Assembly (NCBI GenBank): GCA_013336285.1
Contig: JAAXTX010000004.1
Location: forward strand, 624-64,623
DNA length: 64,000 bases
From: Candidatus Moraniibacteriota bacterium
Lineage (GTDB): Bacteria > Patescibacteriota > Minisyncoccia > Moranbacterales > UBA1568
Direction: 5' to 3'
The notes beneath the pieces were generated by a model. That model was not told the DNA's origin and searched no databases. It worked only from the letters and a program-made list of their open reading frames with translations. The stretch's first letter is position 1; the number at the start of each line of letters is the position of its first letter. Shown piece after piece: positions 1 through 8,835 of the stretch. The position numbers and the translations under genes are program-made.

Positions 1-765
1 TCATCATCCGTGCGGCTTTTTGCCTTCCCAATTCTCGAAGTTTCCAGTTTCCGCTTCCGTCATCGTCTACTAAGTCTCGAATATTTGAAAGGGCGATATT
101 GACAGCATTTTTTGTCATTCCGCCATGTCGCTCAACGGATTCCGAGAGCTCTTTTCTGGATAATCTATTTGGGTATTTAGCGTACAAAAGCAAAATAGCC
201 AAGTCTTTTGGGGATAACCCTTTGTGATTTATATACGTTCTGCCATCGATAGTTTCAAAAATCGGGTGCCTTTTTTCCATCAATGATTCAGTTAATGCCA
301 TTACATCTGCATTATCTGGTTGAGTCTGGTTAGAAAAGCGTAGCATCTCTGCTAGCAGCCATGAAATGATCGGCATAACAACGTCCGCATCCATCTTATT
401 TGGATCAAAGTCTTCTGAGTCATGCCTTGTTCCTCTGTTACTAACAATATCGTAAACAAAAGTACATGCTCGAGGCATTGTCAGTCTTAAGACATCGTCA
501 TAGGATGACCCGCTAAGTTGACATAACTCATTAACAATATTGTTAACCTTGAACTGTCTGCTTGGTGGTAGCGTGCCGCCAGTGTAGACTCTTATAGCCT
601 TGAGGAATGATTCAACAAATTTACTGCTCTTAGCTAGCGCACCTTCCCAGTCCTCCTGCTGAAACTTGGTTATTGCCTCAGTAAAGTGGTTTAACAAAGC
701 AGTTACATGAACTGGCGGAAAAACTTTTATTAGGATATCTTTCATTGCCTGAGTCTCTGTCATAC
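1..765 (-). CDS. Hypothetical protein, 5'-complete, 3' end runs off window (island paralog P0; C-terminal winged-helix-like segment)
   Basis: ATG at 763-765 on minus strand; my manual translation runs to the window edge without a stop. Low-GC. C-terminal segment ...LAILLLYAKYPNRLSRKELSESV...GNWKLRELG resembles a wHTH with a wing. No family recognised. Confidence 0.4.
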
Positions 766-771
766 AATTAT

Positions 772-1191
772 CTAGTTAAATATTTTCTGCCAGCTAGGAC
801 GAAGAGAATAGACCCCATTTTTTGACGAGGTAACCCAATCACTTTCTTTTGCCCTAATTGAATAGGCATCATTGTAACTCCCCAAAATTGATTTCATCTT
901 CCCCCAGTCTCTTTCAAGAGCGCTTCTGCTAACACCAACACTCAACTGGCCCTTCGTAGCATGAGCTAAGATAAGAGTAAACTTTTTTTGGCCGCTCATT
1001 CCTTTGCTATGATTCTTTATAAATGCCCTAAGGGGCGTAGAAAAATCAAGGTCCGCAATCTCAGTATTTTTTGCTGGGGTGGATACTCTGGCCTTAGGAA
1101 TATGCTTGTCGGGGACCGATAGGACACTTAGACACTCCTCGGTAAGAATTTGTATCTGTCTAAGGCGCTTAGCGATATTTACTTTGTCCAT
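772..1191 (-). CDS. Hypothetical small protein (island paralog P3)
   Basis: 139-aa ORF in track. 5-bp gap to neighbouring ORFs. Low GC. C-terminal ...TLILAHATKGQ...GVYSLRPSW motif shared with neighbours. Confidence 0.45.
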   Translation of the reverse strand: MDKVNIAKRLRQIQILTEECLSVLSVPDKHIPKARVSTPAKNTEIADLDFSTPLRAFIKNHSKGMSGQKKFTLILAHATKGQLSVGVSRSALERDWGKMKSILGSYNDAYSIRAKESDWVTSSKNGVYSLRPSWQKIFN

Positions 1192-1194
1192 AAG

Positions 1195-1632
1195 TTAGTT
1201 CTTGAGTTTGGCGACTTTCTGAAAGTGATTTTTCACAAATTCTTCTCCCGACGGAGTAAGAGACCAGGTTGTCTTCCCGTCTTTTTTTTCGCTTCCTTCA
1301 TGGATGTGTCCTTTACGAATGCTCATGTTAATTTTGTCGTTGATATTAATGGGAGGTCTTTCTTTTATGGCTTGAAAAGACCTCTCGATATTTGTTTTAT
1401 TAAAAGAAGCCATTCCCTCATGAACCTCAAGAAAGTATCCGATGGCTAGCGTTTTCTGGACATCGCCCTTTGGGTTACATTGGAGTAAGAACTCTTTCAC
1501 TGACATTTTCCGACTAAACGATGATCCTGCGGGGATTGCCTTTTCTTTGGTGATGTCGTTTGGAATACATTTCTCCAGTTTTTTTACGATAGAGAGAATT
1601 TCATCCAGTTTATCCTCAATGGACTTTTCCAT
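1195..1632 (-). CDS. Hypothetical small protein (island paralog P2)
   Basis: 145-aa ORF in track. Contiguous with flanking ORFs. C-terminal ...KTLAIGYFLEV...KTTWSLTPSGEEF wing-like motif. Confidence 0.45.
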   Translation of the reverse strand: MEKSIEDKLDEILSIVKKLEKCIPNDITKEKAIPAGSSFSRKMSVKEFLLQCNPKGDVQKTLAIGYFLEVHEGMASFNKTNIERSFQAIKERPPININDKINMSIRKGHIHEGSEKKDGKTTWSLTPSGEEFVKNHFQKVAKLKN

Positions 1633-1637
1633 AGCGA

Positions 1638-2039
1638 TTAGCTTTTATTCGAATTAGAGCGAGACTCCAGGGATTTTAGTATGTGATCTACTTCGTGAAC
1701 GGGTATTTCATAATTCCCCTTACCAGCCAATAGCCCTATCGCTTTTAATTTCTTTATTGTAGGGTCAACCGTTCCGGACTTCAGTCCAGTTTTAATCACG
1801 ACTTCCTTTCCGGTAATACTGCTTTCTTGCACGGCTCCTTGTCGCTGTAAAAGCTTTTTCACAAGGCCATACGCAAGAATCTTTTCGTCGGCCTTTAAGG
1901 AGACTTCCCTATGATAAACAAGTATGTGCTCGTCTCTCTGAACTGAAATCAGCGGCTTAAGCACAGCCACAACCCGCTCTTCATCAAAAGGGCCGCTGTC
2001 AGTGAAAAGTTCTTCAACTAAAGCCTTTTTAGATTCCAT
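1638..2039 (-). CDS. Hypothetical small protein (island paralog P1), first gene of minus-strand operon
   Basis: 133-aa ORF in track. ...KILAYGLVKKL...GKGNYEIPVH motif. Sits just downstream of a strong sigma70-like promoter. Confidence 0.45.
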   Translation of the reverse strand: MESKKALVEELFTDSGPFDEERVVAVLKPLISVQRDEHILVYHREVSLKADEKILAYGLVKKLLQRQGAVQESSITGKEVVIKTGLKSGTVDPTIKKLKAIGLLAGKGNYEIPVHEVDHILKSLESRSNSNKS

Positions 2040-2090
2040 ATAATGATATTATTAGTTATTTCGGCGGGGCAGGTTCCACGCGTTATCCTG

Positions 2091-2119
2091 AGTCTAGCAG
2101 GCAACGCTCATGATGTCAA
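2091..2119 (-). promoter_or_regulatory. Sigma70-like promoter (TTGACA-17-TAGACT read on minus strand) driving the 4-gene island operon
   Basis: Reverse complement of 2091-2119 reads TTGACA, then 17 nt, then TAGACT. This lies ~50 nt upstream of the ATG at 2039. Confidence 0.45.
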
Positions 2120-2490
2120 GTGAGATTACAAATTCGACTTGTTAATAGAGTAGAAATATAAGATATTGTTTATTATAAAGTAAAAAAAGTGTAAGTATTT
2201 CCAAATGTTTTTATGATAATCATCAGTATAAACAATATAATGCTTTATATAAAGGCAAAATTTGGCAAGTATATATACATAGTTTAATTATAATAGTATA
2301 CATAATTTATATAAATTCATTCCTTATATAAAGTATATTTATTCAAATAATAATATGATATAATAATTAGAAAATTCAGGTTGCTCAAAGGAGGTGTATT
2401 GGCTGCTAAAGTATATATTGCAAACGTGTCAATATACATTTAAGATTTAAGGAAGAAACATGAAAGCAAGAAAGATCTTAAATTCGTAGT

Positions 2491-3414
2491 ATGTCCCTTT
2501 TGCAGAAAATTCAATCTTTAGCTGTTGATTCAAGCTCAGACATTTCTGAATTGTTGAGGCACTGTAAAATTTTGGCTTTTAGGCTTGATAACAACGAGTT
2601 AAAAAAGTGGGTAGACCTTGAGTTGAATGGATATCTCAATGCTGATGAACTTCCGGAATATAGGATCGTTGACGTTTCGACAAGGGGCCATTTTTTTGGC
2701 TCATTTGGTCGTGAGCTAAAGAATGGGGAAATATCGTTGCATTGTATCGAAAAAGAACACCGAAAATATTTAGACAAGGCATATGCGATGCAGCCAATTT
2801 CTGCCTACCTAGCATTAGTAAGGTCGGCTACGGACGGGCAGAATTTTAAAGAATTTTGGCCTGCTGAGCTTGTTGCTATGTATCATGACAAGATGTATGA
2901 GGAGATGTCATGCCTTTCCGCATGGAAAGAAATACCATATTCCTCCCTGGTTGCGCTAATTGATGTAGTACGAAATCGGATTCTTAATTTTGCTCTCGAG
3001 ATTGAAGCCGAAGATTCGAGGGCTGGCGACGTTTCACTTAATGATCTCGGTAGCACATCTCTTACTCCGGAAAAAATTATGAACGTATTCCACAACACTA
3101 TTATCGGAAATGTTGGAAACCTGTCCGAGGGAGGGAGCGACTACTCTCAGAACGCGGCTGTTTATGTGACTGCTGGAGACTTCCAAGCTCTGCACGATCA
3201 ATTGGTTCAATTTGGAATTGAAGAGCAGGACATTCAGGCATTAAATATCGCCATTGAAGAGGACCGCGAGAGTGAAGATAAGGAATCGAGGGCTCTCGGA
3301 AAAAAAGTGAAAGCTTGGATAGCTAAAGTCACTAGCGGACTGAAGCCATTAGCTCAAAATATCTCCGCCGATTTGATAGTAAAAGCTATCCTTATGTATT
3401 ATGGAATTCAATAA
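2491..3414 (+). CDS. Hypothetical protein, possibly abortive-infection (Abi)-like N-terminal domain
   Basis: 307-aa ORF in track, in the low-GC island and divergent from the island operon. The N-terminal pattern LLRHCKILAFRLDNNELKKWVDLELNGY...PEYRIV reminds me of Abi-family N-termini. This is recollection only. Confidence 0.45.
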   Translation: MSLLQKIQSLAVDSSSDISELLRHCKILAFRLDNNELKKWVDLELNGYLNADELPEYRIVDVSTRGHFFGSFGRELKNGEISLHCIEKEHRKYLDKAYAMQPISAYLALVRSATDGQNFKEFWPAELVAMYHDKMYEEMSCLSAWKEIPYSSLVALIDVVRNRILNFALEIEAEDSRAGDVSLNDLGSTSLTPEKIMNVFHNTIIGNVGNLSEGGSDYSQNAAVYVTAGDFQALHDQLVQFGIEEQDIQALNIAIEEDRESEDKESRALGKKVKAWIAKVTSGLKPLAQNISADLIVKAILMYYGIQ

Positions 3415-3472
3415 GCGGTATTTTCCGCTGAGGTTCTTACCGCGTAAACTAGCCAGCTCAGGAAAGCATAAA

Positions 3473-3501
3473 CTCCCCCGCAGAGGGGAGTTTTTGCTTT
3501 T
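3473..3501 (+). terminator. Rho-independent terminator after the 2491..3414 gene
   Basis: Hairpin CTCCCC-CGCAGA-GGGGAG followed by TTTTTGCTTTT. Confidence 0.5.
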
Positions 3502-3513
3502 CCTGGGTAGATA

Positions 3514-4015
3514 GGGAGTCGAACGGGCAGGAACGAGTTGCGATCCGCCAGCTTGCGGAGAGCAAAACGAGTGTAGACGAATGCGAGCAAACGCAGCATT
3601 CGGCTCTGCCCTGGACAACGAGCGCTTTTAAGCGCGAGGACGAAACTCCTGTTACCCGCATCGTAGGTCGTTCGCTTCCTGTGTGTAGCGCCCTGGCTCC
3701 GCGTCGGAGTGCGGAGGACTCCCGTTACCCGAAATCATGAGCGGGAGTCGAACGGGCAGAAGCGATCCGCCGGCTGGCGGAGAGCGTCGATGAATGCGAC
3801 CGAGCAGGGAGCATTCAGCGCTGCCCTGGATAACGAGGTGTCAGTAGACACCGAGGACGAAACTCCCGTTACCCTCCCCCGTCAAATATTGGAGTCGAAC
3901 GGGCAGAAGCGAGTCTTCGAGTGTCGATGAATGCGACCGAAGAGGAAGCATTCAGCGCTGTCCTGGACAACGAAGCGCCAGCAGGCTCTGAGGACGAGAC
4001 TTCCGTTACCCGCTC
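3514..4015. repeat. Tandem array of three ~145-bp GC-rich repeat units, likely structured RNA or regulatory repeats
   Basis: Units begin at about 3514, 3742 and 3891. Shared blocks: GGAGTCGAACGGGCAG, GAATGCGA, AGCATTCAGCGCTGCCCTGGACAACGA and GAGGACGAAACTCCCGTTACCC. An internal hairpin differs in sequence but keeps pairing: GCGCTTTTAAGCGC in one unit, GGTGTCAGTAGACACC in another. Confidence 0.6.
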
Positions 4016-4083
4016 AAAAAGCAAAAAAGAGAATCTATTCGGACCCCCCCCTTTTTTTTGTTCTTGTAATTACGATAAAAAAA

Positions 4084-4116
4084 GCCCGCGCAATAGCTCG
4101 GGCTTTTCATTTTTTA
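4084..4116 (-). terminator. Rho-independent terminator downstream of the S21-like gene (also reads as a terminator on plus)
   Basis: Hairpin GCCCG-CGCAATAGCT-CGGGC flanked by T-runs on both strands. Confidence 0.5.
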
Positions 4117-4263
4117 CCGCTTCGGACCGTGTCCGAGGCGGCGTGCGCGCCGATATTTTCTCAGGGCGCGGCCTCGCTGCTTGTAAAGGCCTGCCTTTTT
4201 AAACGCGCGTTCACCGCGGCCTGTGATGACGCGCAGTTTTCGACATATGTAAACGTTCGGCAT
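4114..4263 (-). CDS. rpsU: Small basic protein, probably 30S ribosomal protein S21
   Basis: GGAGGTG RBS immediately before ATG at 4263. 49 aa: MPNVYI...ERAFKKAGLYKQRGRALRKYRRARR. Compares to S21 MPxVxV...RRFKRxxEKAG. The track ORF 4114..4323 has an unlikely upstream start. Confidence 0.45.
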   Translation of the reverse strand: MPNVYICRKLRVITGRGERAFKKAGLYKQRGRALRKYRRARRLGHGPKR

Positions 4264-4332
4264 GGTCCACCTCCGTTTGGATTGAAGAAGCCACTGATGA
4301 TGGTGTAGCATGACTTTCGTCAAAGAAGTATT

Positions 4333-4361
4333 GACAGTATCTTATAAGTATGCTATACTAT
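4333..4361 (+). promoter_or_regulatory. Sigma70-like promoter TTGACA-17-TATACT upstream of the 3D-domain gene
   Basis: ttgacagtatcttataagtatgctatact, ~70 nt upstream of the ATG at 4432. Confidence 0.5.
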
Positions 4362-4431
4362 ACCGTTGCGACTGAAAAAGATTCGGTCGTAACTCAAGTC
4401 CGGAGGCTTGAATAAAATGTATTCGTAAGAT

Positions 4432-5019
4432 ATGAGTGGTAAACGTTTGGCGTTTGTCGTGACATTGGTGTATATGTCGTGGACAAATGCCGTTTATGCC
4501 GTGGATGGGGTCGCCATTTCCGAATCTGCCGACAATATTGAGATTTCCGTTACCATGCCCCGGGCTCGGCAGGATTACCGTGATTTCCTAATGAGTTATC
4601 TTTTTGGCGCGATACCGAATGCGCGACTGGCCGATGCTCCTGAAAGTAAGACGGAACAAGAAGGGCCTGAGCAGCGGATCTTGGCCAGATGGAAGGATAA
4701 GCAGACGGACCGTTGGAAAGAGCTTCCAACTGAAAAGTTTGAAATAGTCGCTTCCGCTTATACCGCCTCATCGGACGAATGTGGAAAGGCCGATGGAAAA
4801 ACCGCATCGGGTTTGATGGTAACGGCAAACCGTACACTGGCTTGCCCCGCAAACTATCCGTTCGGGGCAAAAATCGCGATTGACGGATATGGTACGTTCA
4901 GATGCGAAGACCGTGGAGGTGCCATACGCGGGAATCGCTTTGATATCTATATGCTGACGAAGAAAGAAGCGTTCGCATTCGGTCGTCGGCGTCTTTTGGC
5001 CGAAGTTGTCGCCGATTAA
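4432..5019 (+). CDS. Secreted 3D-domain protein (MltA/YocH-like cell-wall binding domain)
   Basis: N-terminal signal peptide. C-terminal ASAYTASSDECGK...ACPANYPFG...GYG...CEDRGGAIRGNRFDIY matches the 3D domain pattern. Confidence 0.7.
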   Translation: MSGKRLAFVVTLVYMSWTNAVYAVDGVAISESADNIEISVTMPRARQDYRDFLMSYLFGAIPNARLADAPESKTEQEGPEQRILARWKDKQTDRWKELPTEKFEIVASAYTASSDECGKADGKTASGLMVTANRTLACPANYPFGAKIAIDGYGTFRCEDRGGAIRGNRFDIYMLTKKEAFAFGRRRLLAEVVAD

Positions 5020-5032
5020 TCTGGTAAAATAA

Positions 5033-5062
5033 GAAATACCCCGGATACGGGGTATTTTTTCG
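5033..5062. terminator. Bidirectional rho-independent terminator
   Basis: ACCCCG-GATA-CGGGGT with TTTTTT downstream on plus, and a T-run on the opposite strand. Confidence 0.5.
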
Positions 5063-5068
5063 TACTGC

Positions 5069-5839
5069 CTAGAAGTTCTTTCGCTGACGTTCGGGTATTT
5101 GTTCGGAAGATACCATCCTCCTCCAATTACGGAATTGCCAGAATAAGTCACGTACGCGAAGGTGATGAGAATGTCTGACTCGGAATTTCGGATCATGCAC
5201 GATCCGATAACCCATGCTGACAAAATGCCATGCCCAATCGGCATCTTCCCCTCCCCATCCGCCATTGATGTTCTCATCGAATGGGTATTTCGTCCACAAA
5301 TCCTTCCTGATCATAGCGTTGGTCGTACCGAGTATCCCATTTTCGGGACCGATAAGCAGATGTGCCAATCCCCCGATCCTGTACCGAATCGCTCCAACGG
5401 TATAACCGGCGATATTGTAGATAAGTTTGTCTGCGATAGTGCCGTCCGCGTGCGCGATCGGAAGAGCGAATACGCCTGCTACGTTATCATCCTCGAAATT
5501 TCTTAAGCCGTCGTCAAGAAAAGTGTTGGAAACGGGTATCGAATGGCCGTTCGTGAAAACGATGTATCGACCGATTGATTTCCCGGCGCCGAAGTTACAT
5601 GAAAATGGATGCGAAAACTTCCCTTCCGGAATCTCTGCTACGCGACAGCCCCGCGATTCGGCGATCCCGCATGTCCCATCGACCGAATGATCGTCTACGA
5701 TGAGTACCTCGAAATCTTTGAATGTCTGTCTTGCGTATGCATCCAATACCATTCGGAGGTACTTCTCCTCGTTTTTTGTCCGTATGACGACCGAAACGAG
5801 CGGCTTCGACCGATCTTTCCGTGAGAGAGAGGTCTTCAT
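5069..5839 (-). CDS. Family 2 glycosyltransferase
   Basis: VSVVIRTKNEEKYLRMVLDAYARQTFKDFEVLIVDDHSVDGT is a classic GT2 N-terminus with a DxD. Confidence 0.75.
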   Translation of the reverse strand: MKTSLSRKDRSKPLVSVVIRTKNEEKYLRMVLDAYARQTFKDFEVLIVDDHSVDGTCGIAESRGCRVAEIPEGKFSHPFSCNFGAGKSIGRYIVFTNGHSIPVSNTFLDDGLRNFEDDNVAGVFALPIAHADGTIADKLIYNIAGYTVGAIRYRIGGLAHLLIGPENGILGTTNAMIRKDLWTKYPFDENINGGWGGEDADWAWHFVSMGYRIVHDPKFRVRHSHHLRVRDLFWQFRNWRRMVSSEQIPERQRKNF

Positions 5840-5848
5840 GGTGGTATT

Positions 5849-6445
5849 TCAGTCTTTTTTACTCCGGTGAGCCCACCAGTCGTCGTTTTTGTCACCGAAC
5901 CACCATCTGTCTGATTCGGTAACTATGATCCTGTCCGCAAGCGCTTTCGCTTCGTCGGTAACGAGCCGTTTTAGGATATTTGGAATCCAGGTTTCCGCCC
6001 GCCCGTTTCCGGCGTCTCCCTGTTCCTTGAGTGTAAGTAGGAATTCGAGATTGTCGGCATCTTTGGAATATACGGATTCCTTACTCTTCCTTTCTTCATA
6101 TTCGTCGATCAGGCTCTTTACGTCATTTCCGAACGGAAGCTGTTTCGAAAGATCCGTATGCGCCTTCTCTTCATGACGTTCCGTATATTTCTGATGAACA
6201 TAATTCAGGTCCGATATACGGGATTCCGAAATGTCATGAAAAAGACACATCGTAACGACCTTGCCGACTTCCACGTCCCCAGCCATTTTAGCGAGACAAT
6301 ACCCGATATAGGCGGTGCGGTTGATGTGTTCTGCGACGCTTTGATCCCCGCTACCGAGAAACGCTGAAAAACTTCGCGGGGTTTTGGCAAGCATTCCCGT
6401 TTCAAAGAGGAAATCAACGATACCATCGGCTTCGTTTTCTTCCAT
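5849..6445 (-). CDS. HD-domain phosphohydrolase (YfbR-like)
   Basis: Start MEENEADG at 6445 avoids overlap with the tRNAs. Motif SVAEHINRTAYIGYCLA...LFHDISESRISD is an HD motif. The track ORF extends over the tRNA genes and is probably too long. Confidence 0.65.
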   Translation of the reverse strand: MEENEADGIVDFLFETGMLAKTPRSFSAFLGSGDQSVAEHINRTAYIGYCLAKMAGDVEVGKVVTMCLFHDISESRISDLNYVHQKYTERHEEKAHTDLSKQLPFGNDVKSLIDEYEERKSKESVYSKDADNLEFLLTLKEQGDAGNGRAETWIPNILKRLVTDEAKALADRIIVTESDRWWFGDKNDDWWAHRSKKD

Positions 6446-6475
6446 ATTGTTCGTCTTATGATCGATCTGACCGTT

Positions 6476-6562
6476 TGGTGCCGCAGGCGGGAGTCGAACC
6501 CGCATAGCTTTTAGGCTGGGAGATTTTAAGTCTCCTGTGTCTACCAGTTCCACCACCGCGGC
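6476..6562 (-). tRNA. tRNA-Leu (anticodon TAA), type II with long variable arm, CCA encoded
   Basis: Minus-strand cloverleaf: GCCGCGG acceptor, anticodon loop CUUAAAA, long variable arm, GGTTCGACTCC T-arm, ends CACCA. Confidence 0.8.
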
Positions 6563-6572
6563 ATATAATGTG

Positions 6573-6643
6573 AGGTCGCGCCCGGAATTGAACCGGGGTG
6601 AAGGGTTTTGCAGACCCGTGCCTAACCACTCGGCCACGCGACC
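6573..6643 (-). tRNA. tRNA-Cys (anticodon GCA), no encoded CCA
   Basis: GGTCGCG acceptor, D-arm GCCGAGTGGTTAGGC, anticodon loop CUGCAAA, T-arm GGTTCAATTCC. Confidence 0.8.
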
Positions 6644-6696
6644 AATCTCTTCTCGAAAGGCCTTTATAAAGTACCAAACCAAACAACCAGCGTCAA

Positions 6697-7320
6697 TCAA
6701 GCGATATGAACGTCATTTTCCTTTTCAAGCCTTGCTGTATTCAGGATGGCGGGAATACGCATGAAATCCATCTTGAGGGTATTTCTCATGCTGCCGTTAT
6801 ACAGGGCTGCGGCGGGATGATACAGCGGAACCAGGACGCGCGTACCTATGCTCGCGTACGTTTTTCGAAATGCTTTCCCGTGAACTTCCGATATTTTCTG
6901 ATCTGGTAGGTAATGATTCAATGCGTGTCGTCCGAGCGTGACGATAAGTAGCGGATCGATCAATGTGATCTGCTCACGAAGCCACTCCGCGCAATCGGAT
7001 ATTTCTGGCGGAAACGGATCACGATTTTCAGGAGGACGATATTTGACGATGTTGGTAATGTATATGTCTTCACGCCGCAAGCCGACGGATAGGAGCATCT
7101 CTTCGAGGAAGATTCCAGCCGCACCTACAAATGGTACTCCTTTGAGGTCTTCGTTTTTCCCCGGGGCCTCACCGATGAAAACGATTTCGGCCGAAGCGCT
7201 CCCGCTACCCGGAACCGCTTGGGTCGCTTCTTTTCGGAGAGAACATTGACACTGCGAGGCCATTCGCTCGTTCAATTCTCTCAGGAGCTCATCTTTCACA
7301 TTATGCACTGAATCGTTCAT
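6697..7320 (-). CDS. Uracil-DNA glycosylase, family 4
   Basis: IVFIGEAPGKNEDLKGVPFVGAAGIFL motif. Start chosen at MNDSVHN (7320) to avoid overlapping the upstream gene. Confidence 0.7.
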   Translation of the reverse strand: MNDSVHNVKDELLRELNERMASQCQCSLRKEATQAVPGSGSASAEIVFIGEAPGKNEDLKGVPFVGAAGIFLEEMLLSVGLRREDIYITNIVKYRPPENRDPFPPEISDCAEWLREQITLIDPLLIVTLGRHALNHYLPDQKISEVHGKAFRKTYASIGTRVLVPLYHPAAALYNGSMRNTLKMDFMRIPAILNTARLEKENDVHIA

Positions 7321-7351
7321 AAGTAGTGGATAACTGAAGATTTCGTTTCTA

Positions 7352-8317
7352 TCAGCGGACTTCCCAGCCGGTGGATGTTTCGAAAATCCGACCAGGTATC
7401 TCGAATCCGCTGGCGTATTTATGGCCTCCTCCTCCGAAGGATTTGGCAATTGCCGATACGTCGATGCCCTTATGGGGCTCGGTACGTAGACTTCCGCGGA
7501 CGAGATTCTCCCCTATTTGGTAAAAAAGAAGCGAAAATTTGGCATCCGGGACATGATTGAGAAGCTCCGAAGCGATATAGAGGTCCTCGGTAGAAGGGTT
7601 TCCAAGTTCTCGAATATCGTCTTCCGTGATCGCTGCATAGATCATGCCGTTATTCGGATTGATCTGCGCCCGGGATAAGGCCTTACCCCAAAGGTTAAGA
7701 GTTGAAATCTTATTGTTCGAGAAGACGGTCGATGTGATTTTCGAAAGTCTCGCGCCGCTCTGAATGAGATAGGACGCTGCGGCGAATGTTTGAGTCGTGG
7801 TGCATGAATGTTGAAGGTTTCCCGTGTCACCCAGTATTCCGAGCAGTAACGCGGTCGCCATGTTTTTGGAAAGCCGCTGTGCGTTATCTTTGAAAAATAG
7901 GTATACGAGTTCCGACGCGGAGGAGACGGAAGGGTCGATGACGATAATGTCGGCTTCAGGGTTTTCGATCGGATGATGGTCGATAAGTATTGTTACCGTA
8001 CGCTCCGATATCCTGTCCTTGACCCGATCTAATCCCCGGTTTATGCTGTCCGCGCCCAATACCGCGTCATACGCGGGGAAATCGATTTCATCCGGATGAA
8101 CGAAAACGACGCTTGGAAACAGATCTTTTGCGAAGTTGGGAACAGGGTCGAAACAAGCGATATCCGCCCGTTTCCCGAGTGATTCGATATGTTCCTGCAG
8201 CGCTATATTGGCGCCGACGGTATCGGCATCCGGTCTCGAGTGAGCGAATAATAAGACTCGGCTCGAATTTCGAATCACGAATCGGATATTCCTGAATTGC
8301 GCTTCGAATTCGTTCAT
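7352..8317 (-). CDS. DHH-family phosphoesterase (NrnA-like oligoribonuclease/pAp phosphatase)
   Basis: AHSRPDADTVGANIAL, IDHH and GGGGHKYASG (DHH/DHHA1 motifs). Confidence 0.7.
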   Translation of the reverse strand: MNEFEAQFRNIRFVIRNSSRVLLFAHSRPDADTVGANIALQEHIESLGKRADIACFDPVPNFAKDLFPSVVFVHPDEIDFPAYDAVLGADSINRGLDRVKDRISERTVTILIDHHPIENPEADIIVIDPSVSSASELVYLFFKDNAQRLSKNMATALLLGILGDTGNLQHSCTTTQTFAAASYLIQSGARLSKITSTVFSNNKISTLNLWGKALSRAQINPNNGMIYAAITEDDIRELGNPSTEDLYIASELLNHVPDAKFSLLFYQIGENLVRGSLRTEPHKGIDVSAIAKSFGGGGHKYASGFEIPGRIFETSTGWEVR

Positions 8318-8333
8318 ATTTATTCCGATCCCG

Positions 8334-8678
8334 TTATTCCGATTCCGCGTCGATGATTTTGAGGATCTTTTCTACGGTGTCCGCGCGACTTTCCGTCGGA
8401 TCATATTCGAATGATATTTTCGGCATCGGTTTCATCTGCAGTTTCCCGTGCAATTCATGCTGGATACGTTTTCTTTCGTAACGTAACGTTTTTAACACGT
8501 AGTTAAACTCGTTTTCCGGGAGAACGCTTATATATACACGAGAATTCCGAAGATCCGGGCTCGTGTCGACTTTGGAAATAGTCGCTAGGACGCCTGGCTT
8601 GAAATTCACTTCCCTTAGGAGGATTTCTCCGAGAAGTTCACGTATAAGACCGTTTATTTGCAGTATTCTGTGAGACAT
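8334..8678 (-). CDS. rbfA: Ribosome-binding factor A
   Basis: MSHRILQINGLIRELLGEIL...VLATISKVDTSPDLRNSRVYISV matches the RbfA pattern. Confidence 0.65.
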   Translation of the reverse strand: MSHRILQINGLIRELLGEILLREVNFKPGVLATISKVDTSPDLRNSRVYISVLPENEFNYVLKTLRYERKRIQHELHGKLQMKPMPKISFEYDPTESRADTVEKILKIIDAESE

Positions 8679-8763
8679 GATTATAGATATTTCCAAATCG
8701 TACTATTTTGAATCAAAAAACCCCTCTTGTCAATGAGGACTGCTTGAATGATTGCTATTACTG

Positions 8764-8835
8764 TGCCCCGACTAGGAATCGGACCTAGATCTCATCCTTA
8801 GGACGGATTCGCTCTATCCATTGAGCTATCGAGGC
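8764..8835 (-). tRNA. tRNA-Arg (anticodon CCT), no encoded CCA
   Basis: GCCTCGATAGCTCAATGGATAGAGC 5' half, anticodon loop GUCCUAA, T-arm AGGTCCGATTCCT. The acceptor stem has one G-U pair. Confidence 0.7.

Noticed and set aside
3514-4015. Possible CRISPR array
   Set aside because: Units are ~145 bp with long shared blocks, not 25-40-bp repeats alternating with unique spacers. No cas genes are nearby.
3709-4308. Short plus-strand ORFs (73-125 aa) across the tandem repeat array
   Set aside because: Their repetitive translations are generated by the repeat units themselves. The repeats show RNA-like covariation, not codon-level conservation.
5849-6700. Long N-terminal extension of the HD-domain ORF across two tRNA genes
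   Set aside because: The extension is antisense-overlapped by clear tRNA-Leu and tRNA-Cys cloverleafs. The HD homology begins at the internal Met (6445).
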